Program-made: the position numbers and the translations under genes | NCBI RefSeq assembly: GCF_009914755.1 | Contig: NC_060935.1 | Strand: one strand, 5' to 3' | DNA: 64,000 nt | DNA from: the human T2T-CHM13v2.0 reference genome, Homo sapiens | The notes under the pieces: generated by a model | What the model saw: the letters and a program-made list of their open reading frames with translations, nothing else | Told to the model about the DNA's origin: nothing | The model's database searches: none | Part shown: one piece after another, positions 46,311-64,000 of the stretch | Numbering within the stretch: position 1 is the stretch's first letter | Layout: each line of letters opens with the position of its first letter

Positions 46311-48274
46311 TAACCGACTGGAGCCTTCAGTAATCCCGGTATGTAATAACTGCTCTGTCAAAGTCTGTTGCTTTTATCATTGTGATAATGATCATTGTTA
46401 GCTCCCCTGAGGGCAAAGACTGCATATTTTATCTTTGGATCCCCATTCTGAACCTTGCTTATTGTAGGTGCTTGATAAATACTGGGTGAATAAAATAATG
46501 AATGCCTGCTGGGTCGTGCTTACTTATATAGTCCACTACCAATCAGTTCAGCCTGTCTTGGAAGGAGCACTTCAAATTTCAATTTAACCATCAGATAAAG
46601 ATAGAAAATAGGATTTCCACTACAAACTTTAAAAACTGTATTAAAAAGGCCAAAACCCCAGTTAAACTGTAAGACAGCTGCTCTCTTTCTGCTGCCAGGA
46701 AATAGAGAAAACCCTCCAAGGACTATTTGCTGTTTGTTTGTGCATCATATAATAAACATGCTGTGACTTGGGGAGAGCACACACTTCGCCTGCAGGCAAG
46801 CTTGGGTTTGGGAAGTTGCATGTAGCAGCAGTGAGGAAGAAATCCCCCACTCTGTGGGAGAGGTTCCTTCACGGACTCCACTAAGCCCATTTGCAGTTTT
46901 GCTGAGTTATTTACTAAGATGAAGGGACTGGGTGTGGCTGGTCTGAGATTCCTCCTGGGAAGTCACTTCAAGAATCTCCTTAATTTCCTCACCCTTCATC
47001 TTTGTTCTCTGGCTTTGGTGCAAGGGTGCAGTCAGTCGCACCCAGTTGGCTGCTGTTCCCAGCACACTGAATTATTTGAAGCTGGCTGTGGCAGCCAAGG
47101 ATTCCCTGTTCTGTTCTTTTCCCCTTGCCCTGATTTGAAAAACGGTCTGGAAATTCTCATCTGGCATGACCAGAAGGAACTTAGTAGGTTGCAAGCTGTT
47201 TTTCTAGATGCACAGGACCAAACAGAACCTTTAAAGCTGTAAATTACCATTTCTCAAAAACTCAATTTGATGGATTTTACATGGACAAATTATATAACGT
47301 AGGCTTTACCATCACCACTATCGTTTAAACAAGAGGCCATCCAATTGAGATGAAACCGATATAGGAAAGTAATTATCATCAGCTTTGTCACTTGAAGAAG
47401 GAATGTGAGGATATATTAGCTAATTGAAACCTCAGGAAAGATGTATAACAAAACATATAAGGATTAATGAGTAGTCCACAAAAGTGTTTACCAGATGACC
47501 AATATCTTTTAAAATATATAGATGTATTCCAGCTCTTTTAATTAGAAAATATATATATATACACACACACATATATGGATAAAAAATGAACTTATGTTAT
47601 AATTACAATAGATGTGATGACAAAATAATTCATAGTCTGAAAAATATATAATTTCAGTGATCAGAGCCTTATGTATTATGCTAATTGTCCAATAATTTCT
47701 TGAAAGTATGTTTCTACTTTTAAAGTAAAATTAAATTCAGAAAGCAATGATGAGCAAATATGTGATAATATTCTAGGCAGACACTGAACATTTATATTTA
47801 TTGTGAGAACAGCATGATGGTAGAGTACTATTTATATAAAATTATGTATCTTTATGTCTTTATATGTTTACATGCATACAAAAATATTTGGAAGGAGGTT
47901 TACTGAAATGTTGTGAATGATTTTCTCTTAGTGTTGAGACTACTTTTTTCTTCACACATTTTTATATTGTCTGAGTTTTTATAATGAGCATATAACATTT
48001 TTATAATCATAGTAAAAATAAAGCTATTTTTATAGCTTTCATATAGGAAAATTTTGCTTGAGCATCTGCTATGTGTCCAAAGTGGTACTAGAAATTATGA
48101 GATATAGGAAAGAAGGCTGTGGCCTGGCTACCAAGATGCTTACAATCTAGCTGGGAAGACAACTAGGGAGTGGGATCCTATAGAATGTAATCCGGTGTCG
48201 GGATGTATGGTTCAAAAAGGTGCTACGGAGCATCAGGAAGAGGAGAGGAAGCTCTCAATGGAAGGAAGCTTTCA

Positions 48275-49414
<1,140 letters not shown>

Positions 49415-49967
49415 TCAAAACTAAGGTTGGGGAAGGGGGGAAATTTTCTTTTAAAAAAGACATTAAGATGGAGACTTTTCAAACAATGGAATCAGAATTC
49501 ACTTTTAGCAGTTACTTAGTTAACAGGACTATATTCTGTTTGTAGTGTATACCCTAAATGCTGTAGCCATGTAAGTGATAATTACAATGTATACAAGTCT
49601 TCCTGAGAACCATATATTTGAAATTTTAAGTACAAAATGTCAGCCATAAAGTTTTCCTTATTGAATTTGTGTATTATTAAGTGCTTTCAATGTTCAAAGC
49701 TCTATGCCAGATGAAAGATATACAGGGAGCTCCCTCATTCATCGATTCGTTTATTCAACAGTATTTTTTTAGTGTGTCCTCTGTGCCAGGTATTATTCTA
49801 GGTGCTGGTACTAAAAGAATAAGGAGAATATAGTTCTATTTTTAAAGAGTTCACAGTCTCGTCTGAAAGAAAATGGACATGTAAATAGTTATAGACCCTC
49901 TAGAAAGTGTCAGGCCAAATACATGTGTTTATTTGCTGTCTCTGTAGAGCACACTAAAATTGTAATA

Positions 49968-50278
49968 CGTCAGGTGTGGTGGCTTATGCCTGTAATCCCA
50001 GGACTTTGGGGAGGCCAAGGCAGGAAGATCACTTGAGGTCAGGAGTTCGAGACCAGCTTGGCCAACATGGTGAAACCCCATATCTACTAAAACTACAAAA
50101 ATTAGCCAGGTGTGATGGCAGATGTCTGTAGTCCCAGCTACTTGGGACTTGAGGCAGGAGAATCGGTTGAACCCAGGAGACAGAGGCTGCAGTGAGCCGA
50201 GATCGCAGCACTGCACTTCAGCTTGGGCAACAGTGCAAGACCTTGCCTCAAAAAATAAATAAATAAAATAAAATAAAA
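49968..50278 (+). mobile_element. AluS
   Basis: Alu dimer. Confidence 0.92.
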
Positions 50279-50514
50279 GTATAATAAAGAGGGAGAAAAG
50301 ATGTAAAGGCACAAGAACAAAACAAAGGAAGACATGACAGGAAATAATAGATATCCACCAAATTTTAGACGGTGGACAGCAGAAGCATAAGTAAAAACTG
50401 ATTTGGTAAAGAAAACTGATGTATAACTACTTGCAAAAGGAAAAAGGTATGTTTGTGCCATAGAGGCCTAAAAGGGTTCAAGAATTGGAGGTGGGTTCAA
50501 GAATTGGAGGTGTC

Positions 50515-50831
50515 GGCCAGGCGTGGTGGCCTCACGCCTGTAATTCCAGCACTTTGGGAGGCAGAGGCAGACAGATCACCTGAGGTCAGGAGCTTGCGAC
50601 CAGCCTGGCCAAGGTGGTTAAGCCCCGTCTCTACAAAAATACAAAAATTAGCTCAGCATGATGGCAGGTGCCTGTAATCCCAGCTACTCAGGAGGCTGAG
50701 GCAGGTGAATCTCTTGAACCTGAGAGGTGGAGGTTGCTGGGTTGCTGTGAGCTGATATTGCGCCACTGTACTCCAGGCCTGGGTGACAGAGCGAGATTCA
50801 TTCTCAAAAAAAAAAAAAAAAAAAAAAAAAA
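50515..50831 (+). mobile_element. AluS
   Basis: TSD aagaattggaggtgtc. Confidence 0.92.
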
Positions 50832-51370
50832 GAATTGGAGGTGTCAAGTACTCTGAAACTGGGAGTGAGAGGGGAGCTGAAAATAAGAGGATATATTGAA
50901 AATCATTATGAGGAGCAATTAGATCCCCAGATCCCTCCCCCAACTTCAAGCATCAAGGTCACTACCCTTCATTCCATAGAAGACTGGAGATATTAAACTA
51001 GAGGAGCTCTTGACTCAGGAGCACCAGACACAGAGCGTAGGTGAGATGCCCTAGTGAAAAAAGATTGTCAATGTCTATCTGCTAAATGTTGACATTTATT
51101 TTCCAGCTCCCTTCCCTTGCTTAGCTGTCAGAATGCTGGCTTCCAAATGAATATACCCCAGGTGGGATTCTGGAATATTTTCTGGAGAAACTGAAATAGC
51201 CTCAGAGGAAGTCCCTACAAATCTGACATTTAGGAGTTGCACAATGAAATGACCAGGTTTCCGCCCATTCATTCTACAGTGAAGCTCAATATAAACAAGC
51301 TCCAATTCATTCAGATAACCAGTTTTTTAGTACCTCGCACCAAATAGGAATGAACATATTCAGGTATTCA

Positions 51371-51798
<428 letters not shown>

Positions 51799-52071
51799 TC
51801 AAGAAATTACCCAGCAAAGGCAAAGAAGTAGAAAACAGGAGGAAAAAAAAAAAAAAGAAAACTGAAGGCCCAGTCCAGGAGTATAAGACCTAAAAATTTG
51901 AAGTTCTAGAAAGAGAAATTGGAAGAACTAGAATGCCATCAGGCTTCTCAACAGCAACATGAGAAGCTTAAAAAAAAAAAAAGTGCAATGCTTTTAGAAT
52001 TCTAAGAGAAAATTATTTTCAACCTAGAATTCTGTACCAAACCGAACTATCAATCAACTGTGAGGATAAAG

Positions 52072-52377
52072 TTGTTTTTTTTTTTTTTTCTTTTTAGACA
52101 GAGTCTTGCTCTTGTCGCCCAGGCTGGAGTTCAGTGGCCCAAACTCGGCTCACTGCAACCTCCGCCTCCTGGGTTCAAGCGATTCTCCTGCCTCAGCCTC
52201 CCAAGCAGCTGAGATTAGAGGCACCCGCCACCACACCCAGCTAATTTTTTGTATTTTTAGTAGAGACGGGTTTCACCTTGTTGGTCGGGCTGGTCTCGAA
52301 CTCCTGACCTCAGGTGATCTGCCCACCTCGGCCTCCCAAAGTGCTAGGATTACAGGTGTGAGCCACTACACCCAGCC
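52072..52377 (-). mobile_element. AluS
   Basis: Alu dimer, TSD gaggataaag. Confidence 0.92.
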
Positions 52378-53099
52378 GAGGATAAAGATTTTTAGATGGG
52401 CAGGGTTTCATAAACTTTAACTTTTATGCAGCCTTTCTCATGAAACTACTGCAGAGTATGTTTTATCAAAAAGTGAGAATAAGTTTAGGAAGATGAAATT
52501 ATGAGATCTAGCATCAAGGGGTGCAACACAGGAGAGAAAGAAAGAGAATTCTTAGAATGATAATGGAAGGTAGTTGCAGGACAACAGTTTGTGCAAGACA
52601 GCTAGAAAGCAATTCAGATTGAAGTAGCAGGACAGAAGGCTCTAGGAGGAATTTCTGCAGGAAAATTAAATAATAGAATTGATTATCTGTTGTGTAAAAA
52701 AATTGTCCAACCTTCAGTTGGAGAATTAGGGTTTAATACTTCAGTTGAAGAAGCACTGATTAATACTTAAAAACCCCCACAAACCGAGAAAGAAATAATC
52801 ATTCTAAGAAAAACAAAAGGTTGTATAAGAAAGAAAATATAATAATATACCTTGTGTTTTTGCTGTGCATAATATTTACATAGTCATAAATGAGTAAATA
52901 CTGAATATTGGTAAGCCAAAATTAGTATCATGAAAAGATGGACAGATGGGAAGTATATGTGTGTGGTGAAAAAGATAATTTGTCATCTTCAACTGAAAGT
53001 TAAAAGATGTCTAACATTTAAAAATCAAGAAATAGCAGTATAAACATATTATTTAAAGAAGCAAAGCAAAAAACAGAGGACTCAGTGAGTTTTGTTAAG

Positions 53100-53810
53100 T
53101 ATGACAGGTTAGAAGAATTACTACAGTAGTTTGGTTGGGGTGAAATGAGTTATAACTTCCAAGAGAACCATTTTAGTTGAGTGACGGAAGCAACGTTGAA
53201 GGAGTTACTGAGTGAATGAATGGGTAGTAAGAAAGAGGAGGTAATGAGCATAGCATACTCCTCTGAGAAATCTGGCTTTGAAAACAAAGGGAGGAGAAAG
53301 CGGTGTTAGTGAGTTGAGTCTATGAAAGATTTTTTAGATTAAGACACCACTTAGACATGTGTGCATAGACAGCAAGGAGTTAATGGAGAAGGTAAGGTCA
53401 ACGATGCAAGCGTAAAGGGGATAGTTGGTGGAGCAAGGTCCCAGAAACTGAGATAACATGGACTCAAGAGCATAGATGGAAAGATTAATTGTAGGAAGAG
53501 AAGGGAAAGATTTCTTTCTCTGAAAGAAGGAAGGAAGAGGTGCAGATAAGTGAAAATGCAGAGAAATATTAAGGTATAAAGGAAGGAAATTGAGGGACTT
53601 AAAAAGGTGGCTTCAGTCTTCTCAAGAAAATAAGAGGTTCTCTGCTGAGAGTTTGGATTTGGGGCATAGGATTAGCTTGGAAATTTGAGAATGGAAAATA
53701 TCTGAAGGCATGTGATGCCAAGTTAAAAGGAGATGACTAAAATGATTATCCAGTAGCCACGAGTGTCCAGTTGAGGTTAGATAGCAGAAATTTGTAATAA
53801 AGCCAATCAA
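53100..53810 (-). mobile_element. L2 LINE fragment
   Basis: Purine-rich decayed L2 text (gagtgaatgaatgggtagtaagaaagaggagg..gagaaatctggctttgaaa). Confidence 0.5.
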
Positions 53811-54074
53811 TATGGTTTCTGGACTTCCCTCAAGAACGTTCTATCTCCAAAAGTTGTATTAATCATCATCTTGGCTAGGATGGCGTTTCCTTGGAGTGTC
53901 TTAAGAGACATTCCAGGGTTCAAAAACTTTAGAAAATGCTTGCTCAAGGAGAGTCAGTGCTCAAGAATACCAGAGAGAAGGTTTTCTTGTGGGACACTTC
54001 AATCTAGGTCATTCGGAGGTCTTGTGGGGGATCATGAGCAACGAAAAAGAAATATACTTGAGAGACTTAAATGA

Positions 54075-54375
54075 CACAAAACAGTTTGATATCAAAAAGA
54101 TCTGTAGCTGCATGGACATCTGGACACAAATCTGAGGGTGAGAGCGTGTTGGAGAACACCTGGATTCAGATAAAAGAAGAGCAGAAGAGAAGTGACATCA
54201 TTGTGGGATTAGAATATAGACTACCTAGCCAGATGGAAGAAATAGATAAAGCATTTCTGATGCAGATCGCAAAACTGGCCTGAGTCAAGAGAGCTTGGTG
54301 ATAGGGATTTCAAGCATCAGCACATAAGCTCAAAGTCAAGTTCAGCCAAAAGCTGCATACTTGATTAATTCTTTT
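54075..54375 (+). mobile_element. CR1/L3 LINE fragment, APE endonuclease domain
   Basis: ORF 54071-54283 ..LENTWIQIKEEQKRSDIIVGLEYRLPSQMEEIDKAFLMQIAKL resembles CR1 VESLWVKI..GDIIVGVYYRPPNQ..DEAF, followed by a decayed GDFN motif. Confidence 0.78.
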
Positions 54376-54628
54376 TTTCCTGTTTGTTTATGTTTTTCTG
54401 ATCAAAGAAAAACTTGCTCATTGTAGAAATGTAGTAGTACAGGAAAGTGTAATGAAGTAGAAAAATAATCACTCATAAATCCACTCACCATTAAAATACT
54501 TGCTAATTATTTCTAGTATTTTTATGCATTGTTGTCTTTGCATAGTAGAGATTATGCTGAATATACATTTGTCTAAACTGTTTTTTAACATAAAAGACTT
54601 TTCTCATATATATTTCTTATATATCTCA

Positions 54629-55353
<725 letters not shown>

Positions 55354-55579
55354 TTACTCTTTGCTAACATTATTTCCATTTTTCTGAAAATAACCAGTCA
55401 ATGCTACTGTATTAGGCAGGAAAAAGAAATAAGAGGCATAAAAATTTTAAAAGAGAAGGAAAAATTACATGATTGCAGGTGATATGATTACTTAGCTGGA
55501 AAGCCCAAGGTAATCAAATTGAAATCTATTATAAACATTATGCTTCAGCAAGGTAGATGGACAAAATATACTAAAATCA

Positions 55580-55912
<333 letters not shown>

Positions 55913-56686
55913 CTAGGAAGAAATGTAACAAGAATATGAAGAGAGCTTTAAAACACTACTGGAAACAAAAAAAAGACTTGGACATATGGAAAGGCATGGT
56001 ATGTTCTTAGGAAGATTTAAAATCATAAACCTGTCAGTGCTCCTTAATTTAATCTATAAGTTAACATGATCTCCCTAAAAAAAACCAATAGGACTTTTTG
56101 CTTATTTGCTTATTTTTTTGAGAGAAATGATTGTAAAGCTCATACAGAAAAAATATGTAGACTAAAATAACCAGAAATATCCCGAGAAAGAAAAGAAATA
56201 ATGAGATACCAGCCTCGTTAATATCTATAATAGATATTAAAATCTGTTATAAAGCTATAATAATTCCACTATAATTGCTAACAATAAACACTGTGTGCCA
56301 GGCACTGTTCTAAGCTCTTTAAATATAACAATTCATTTAATTCTCATAAAAGCCCGTTGAGATTAACCTACTCAAACTCACACTGCCAATAAGTGGCAGA
56401 GCTCAGATTTGAACTCAGGTGCTAGCTCCAGAACATGTACTCTCTCCATCACCACACTCTTCATCACCAGCACATTTGTTATTGACATATTAATAGACAG
56501 GCAATCAATGGACCAGAATCAGAAGCTTAGAAATTGACTCAAATATAGAAATAAAATTAATCTACATTGGGGAGAGCATTTAAATTAATGAGCACAACTG
56601 GTAGCCATGTTAAGAATATGATATTGGATTCTTTCCTCACATCTTATATGCAAACAAATTCTAGATGGATCAAAAATTTCAATATA

Positions 56687-57047
56687 GGCCAGCTACAGTG
56701 GCTCATACCTGTAATCCCAGCACTTTGGGAGGCCGAGGTGGGAGGATTGCTTGAACCCAGGAGTTCAAGACTAGCCTGGGCAATGTAAAGAAATCTGTCT
56801 CTACAAAAAAACCTTTTTTTTTTTTTTTTTTACAGCAGGGTGTGGTGGCGCACGCTTATATTAGGTTGGTGCAAAGGTAATTGCGGCTTTTGCCATTCGT
56901 AGCAATAGTCTCAGCTACTCGAAAGGCTGAGGTGAGGGGATCACTTGAGCCCAGGAGTTGGAGGCTTCAGTGAGCCATGATCACACCACTGCACTCCCGC
57001 CTGGGAGACGGAGTGAGACCCTGTCTCAAAAAAAAAAAAAAAAAAAA
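56687..57047 (+). mobile_element. AluJ containing a MADE1 TIR
   Basis: Alu dimer with insertion. Confidence 0.9.
56861..56897 (+). mobile_element. Solo Hsmar1/MADE1 terminal inverted repeat inserted at a TA inside an AluJ
   Basis: TA|ttaggttggtgcaaaggtaattgcggcttttgccatt, 37 bp; Alu resumes at tagtctcagctactc. Confidence 0.85.
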
Positions 57048-57409
57048 TACAAAAAACAAAAACACAAACATGAAGAAACCACAGAAAGATGTTCTTACAA
57101 TCTCACAGAAGGGAAGATGTTTCTAAGAGAGCTGATAAAAAAAAACCTGGAAGCCATAAAAGAAAAGATTGATATATTTTGTTGCAGAAAGAGGAAAAAT
57201 ATTTGCTTGCCAACAAATACTGTAAACAATAACAAAAGATTAACAACAAACAGAAAGTATTTGCAACTTATATCACAGATGAAGGGCTAATTTCCTTATA
57301 TACAGAGTTCCTAAAAATCAATAATAAAAATACCAAAAACTCAGTAGAAGATTGAAGGATGAAAATGAACAGAGAGTTTATAGTAAAGGATTGTATAAGT
57401 GGTTCTTTA

Positions 57410-59780
57410 AAAATTATTTTTAATAACTAGATTGAGATATAATTTATATACCATACAATTCACCTATTTAAAGTGTACAATTCAGTCGTTTTTAGAATAT
57501 TCAGTTGTAAAACCATCACCAAAATCAGTTTTAGAATATTTTCATCAAGCCCCCTCTGCCAAGAAAAATACCCCGTACACATTAGCAGTAACTCCCCTTT
57601 TTCCCCACCCACAAACTCCCAGTCCTAGGCAACCACTAACCTACTTTCTGTCTCTGTGGATATGCCTATTCTGGACATTTCATATAGATTATATATAGAT
57701 AGAATCATACAATATATGGGCTTCTGTATCTGGTTTCTTTCACTCAATGTTTTCTTTTCTTTGTTTTTATTTAAGTTCTTGGGGTACATGTGCAGGATGT
57801 GCAGGTTTGTTACATAGGTAAATGTGTGCCATAGTGGTTTGCTGCACAGATCAACCCATCACTTAGGTATTAAGCCCAGTATGCATTAGCTATTTTTTCT
57901 AATGTTCTCCCTCCCCCGACCTCACCCCCCAACAGGCCCCAGTATGTGTTGTTCCCCTCCCTGTGTCCATGTGTTCTCATTGTTCAGCTCCCACTTATAA
58001 ATGAGAACATGCGGTGTTTGTTTTTCTGTTCCTGCGTTAGTTTGCTGAGGATAATGGCTTCCAGCTCCATCCTTGTCCCTGCAAAGGACATGATCTCATT
58101 CCTTTTTATGGCTGCATCACTTACAGTTTTCAAGATTTATCCATGTTGTAACATGTATCAGTACTTTATTCCTTTTTGTGGCCAAATAATATTCCATTGT
58201 ATGATTATACCACATTTTGTCTATCCATTCATCCATTGATAGACATTGGATTGTTTCCACTTTTTGGCTATCATGAATAATGCTGCTGTGGATGTTTGTA
58301 TACACACTTTTTTGTGAACATGTTTTCAGTTCTCTTGGATATATACCTAGGAGTGGAATATTGGGTCATATGGTAATTCTGTGTTTGAAAGAACAGCCAA
58401 ACTGTTTTCCAAAATGCCTGCACTCTGTTACATTCCCAGTAACAGTTTATGAGGGTTACAATTTCTCCACATTCTTGCCAGCATTTGATGTTACGTGTCT
58501 TTTTTATTATCGCCAGCCTAGAGGTGTGAAATGGTATCTCACTATCCTTTTGATTTGTATTTTCCTGATGACTAATGATGTCGAACATCTTTTTACATGC
58601 ATATTAGCCATTTGTGTATCTTTTCTGGAGAAATGTTCATCCACATTGTGGAATGTATCAGCACTTCATTCCTTTTTACTGCTATGTAGTATTCCGTTGT
58701 ATGAATATAGCACACTTTGCTTTTTGTTTGCTTGTTAATGTACACTTGGGTTATGTACAGTTTTTGCCCATTATGAATAAATCTTCTAGGAACATTTGTC
58801 TCCAGGTCTTTTTATGGATGTATGTTTTCATTTATCTTGGGTAAATACCTAAGGGTTGAATTACTGACTGCTTTCTAAAACAGTTGTACCATCTTACATT
58901 CCCACCAGCAATGTATGAGAATTCCAGTTTTTACAATTGCTTGTTAACATTTGGTATTGTCAGTCTTTTGCATTTTAGCCATTCTAGTGGTTGTGAAATG
59001 AAATCTCATTGTGGTTTTAGTTTGCATTTCCCTGATGACTAATGATGTTGAATACTTTTTACTGCTTGTTGGTCATTTGTATATCTTCCTTTGTGAAGTG
59101 TCTCTTCAAATATTTTGCCCAATTTTTAGTGGGTTGTTTGTCTTTTTATTATCCAGTGGTAGGAGTTCTTTACACATTCTGGTTACAAGTTAGATATGTT
59201 CATTACAAATATTTTCTCCCTCTGTGGCCTCTTTATTTATTTCCTTAGTGATGTCTTTTATTGAGCAGAAGTTTTAATTTTTTAGCATTTTTTTTCTTTT
59301 ATGGTTAATGCCTTCTGGGTCCAGTCTAAAAAATCTTTGCCTACCCTAAGGCTGTGACAGTGTTACCCTATATTTCCTTCTAAAAGCAATAGAGGTTTAA
59401 CTTTTATGTTTAGGCCTATAATTCATCCTGAATTATTTTTTGTTGGTAGTTTAAGATTGAGGGTCAAGGTTTTTCCCCGCTCCCCTCATGGATAGCCAGT
59501 TGAGACAGTATGATTTATTGAAAAGACTTTCCTTCTCCTACTTGTTGTGGTTCCTTTGTTAAAAATAAATAAATAAATTGACCATGTATTAATATGTGCA
59601 TATCTATCTCTGGATTCTCTATTCTGTTCCATTGATCTAAGGTAGTGTATGCCCTTCAACTTTTTCTTTTTCAAGATTGTTTTATTCATTCAAGGCCCTT
59701 TGCATTTCCATATAAAATTTAGAATAAACTGGTTCATTTCTACAAAAAAAGCCTGATGAGAATTGGATTGAAATTATTAA
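57410..59780 (-). mobile_element. L1MB fragments
   Basis: Antisense L1MB 3'UTR/ORF2 text (WIDKMWYNHTMEYYLATKRN). Confidence 0.8.
57750..58118 (-). mobile_element. L1PA (PA8-13-like) 3' end inserted in L1MB
   Basis: taagttcttggggtacatgtgcaggatgtgcaggtttgttacataggtaaa...tttttatggctgcat. Confidence 0.85.
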
Positions 59781-59784
59781 GAAT

Positions 59785-60135
<351 letters not shown>

Positions 60136-60467
60136 TCACTTTTGTATAGATATACCTACTCTAGAAACAATGACAAAACTAGGAATTGTGACACAATACT
60201 AAAGACAATATTAAAAGGCTTTTTTAAAAAGTTACATTGGGAGCAAAAAGAACAAGGAGGCCTAGGTGGGTGGTATCATATTAATGAATGAAAGAAAGAA
60301 AATAGAGCATTCACCTCTATTTTGGTTTAGTCTTCTCTGTCAAAGAGGATACTCTTTGGACTGGAAAAGATAAAATAAACACTGGTTCCAGGGAATGCAG
60401 TCAAACGTAGTTGAGATTGAAATAGGTCATGCAACTGCTTTAAATGATTTCAAGTTCCTTAATCTTA

Positions 60468-60771
<304 letters not shown>

Positions 60772-60912
60772 GATACTGAGGACTAGTGGATGAGCTGGCT
60801 GAAGCATTGCTGGCAGTCTCTGAGAAAGTGTGCATGGGGAGGGGGAATTAGGGGATGGGGGTCGGGGATGGATAGAAATTTCAGAAGATTAGAGTCAAGG
60901 AACTAATATTCA

Positions 60913-61299
<387 letters not shown>

Positions 61300-61369
61300 T
61301 TAAAAAGAATAAATTAAGAAAAGGAAGTTGGGATCACCATAAGCTTACCAGAATTTATTGAAGATGGAG

Positions 61370-61475
61370 ACAGAAAAGGGGAGGAAGTAGGGGGTAAAGG
61401 GGGAAAGGAAGAAGGGAAGAGAAGATAATAAAGGGGAAGGGAAGGGACAGGAGGCGAAGGAAAAGGAATAGGAAA
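61370..61475. repeat. GA-rich low-complexity tract
   Basis: Seen directly. Confidence 0.8.
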
Positions 61476-61489
61476 AGATTCCAGGCTTA

Positions 61490-61670
61490 GTGGGTAAAGA
61501 AGACTTGATTTCAACCCTGGCTCTTTTACTTCTTAGTAAAATGATGTTAGGCAAGTTATTAATTGCTATAAGCTAGATTTCCTTATTGGTAAAATTGAAA
61601 TAAGAGAAACTACTTCATAGAGTAGTCCTGATGATTAAATTAAATAATGTGTATAAAGTGCTTATTTATC
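61490..61670 (+). mobile_element. MIR SINE
   Basis: atgttaggcaagttattaattgctataagctagatttccttattggtaaaattgaaat..gattaaattaaataatgtgtataaagtgctt. Confidence 0.65.
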
Positions 61671-62139
61671 AAAAGCAGTGATAACTGTGAAGGGGGTGAA
61701 TGATGGTAATGACAATAATACTGACGGAGAAGGAACGGGAGTAGACAATGTAAACTTACTCCCTTTTTGAAGAGATTATTACATTGGTAAGTTGACAGAA
61801 ATCTGTACAGTATAGCTATATTTAGTATAGCTATATTTAGTATATTTGTTTAGCTAAATTGGATTTCTACAAGACTTTGACAACATCTCCATGACATCCT
61901 TGCGAACAAGGAGAAGGAATATAGGCTGGATGATATAGGCTGGTTGAATAGTCATACTTAAAGTGTGCTGATTAATGGGTTCCTGTCATGCTGAAATTCT
62001 CCAGGAGTGTAAATCTGGACTATGTACTTAGCCAAGCTTTTTTAAAAAATCATTATTTGCATAAGAGCATTGATAGCAGGCTAATTAAATTTGGGAACAA
62101 TAGCTAATAAGCTGACTGAAAAAAACAGAACCTAAAAAG

Positions 62140-62310
62140 AAATAGTATAATACAGAGCAAAGAATATGGCCTTAATGTCATGGATCTATCACTACTAGCT
62201 GTGTGGCTTTGAGTAAATTGCTTAACCACCTGAGCCTTTTGTTCCTCATTTGCATGGAGATAATACTACATATTCCATGTGGTTGTGAGAACATAAAAGA
62301 TAATATATGT
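62140..62310 (+). mobile_element. MIR SINE
   Basis: actactagctgtgtggctttgagtaaattgcttaaccacctgagcct..ttcctcatttg. Confidence 0.7.
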
Positions 62311-62315
62311 GTATT

Positions 62316-63123
<808 letters not shown>

Positions 63124-63417
63124 ATCTAAAAAGTACTCAGTACAGTGCCTAGCACATAAGTGCTCCATAAATGGCAGTTGTTATTCTACTATTAATAGTC
63201 TACACTTAATATACATATACAATTAATATACATGGTCCCTACTATGAAACCGGTGTGGGTAGGACAAGATAAACTCATGATTTCTTAGATTCCTGGAAAA
63301 CACAGAAAAAGAAGTACCACATATGACTACATTAATTACATCTGTTTTGTACACCAAAATGAATGGATTATTTTTGCACTGCATGTAATGCACTAAGAAC
63401 AGGACTAGTAAAAATAA

Positions 63418-63744
<327 letters not shown>

Positions 63745-64000
63745 TAATAGGCATACATAAAATGTATAGTCTGTAAATATGAGTGATATGAAAAATTCGA
63801 ATGACAACCTAAAAGTGATATTATATGGTTTTGTTAAAGAGTTTTATATGTACATTTAAATATAAGTATTGATCATCTGAGAACTCATCAAAGCTTAACT
63901 GAATAATGTATCAACTTGTCTTTCTGAGTGTCCTTTTCTCATTTCCATTTAAAAATGTGCCACAGCTAAGACTGACAGGCCCCAGTCTGCAGCAAAGATG

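Noticed and set aside
50474-50511. 19-bp tandem repeat, and similar ones at 20483-20518, 40033-40056, 59874-59899 and 61809-61843
   Set aside because: Ordinary short slippage duplications.

Overview
Hominid (most likely human) genomic DNA: a 64 kb, repeat-dense, mostly intronic stretch of CSTPP1/C11orf49 on the + strand. One clear coding exon is present (27258-27388, 131 nt, FNSVCQGTHILFREF...GKNG). The rest is intron filled with about 50 Alus, old L1M/L1P, L2, MIR and CR1/L3 fragments, LTRs (MLT2A, LTR47, MLT1) and DNA transposons (near full-length Tigger2, MER6, MER8, MER46C, MER102, MER5, a solo MADE1 TIR). Between about 7.6 and 17.5 kb an old L1MC 3' end is split by a nested stack of insertions. 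The stack includes an antisense SVA whose target-site duplications enclose an extra ~440 bp 5'-transduced segment, and a processed GET3/ASNA1 pseudogene with an LTR in its 3'UTR. Other notable signals are a complex inverted and circularly permuted local duplication at 17.2-19.9 kb and a candidate frame-preserving 6-nt microexon at 44347-44352. I found no convincing wholly new biological system. Gene and repeat names come from recalled sequences and consensus, not from database searches; repeat boundaries are approximate.
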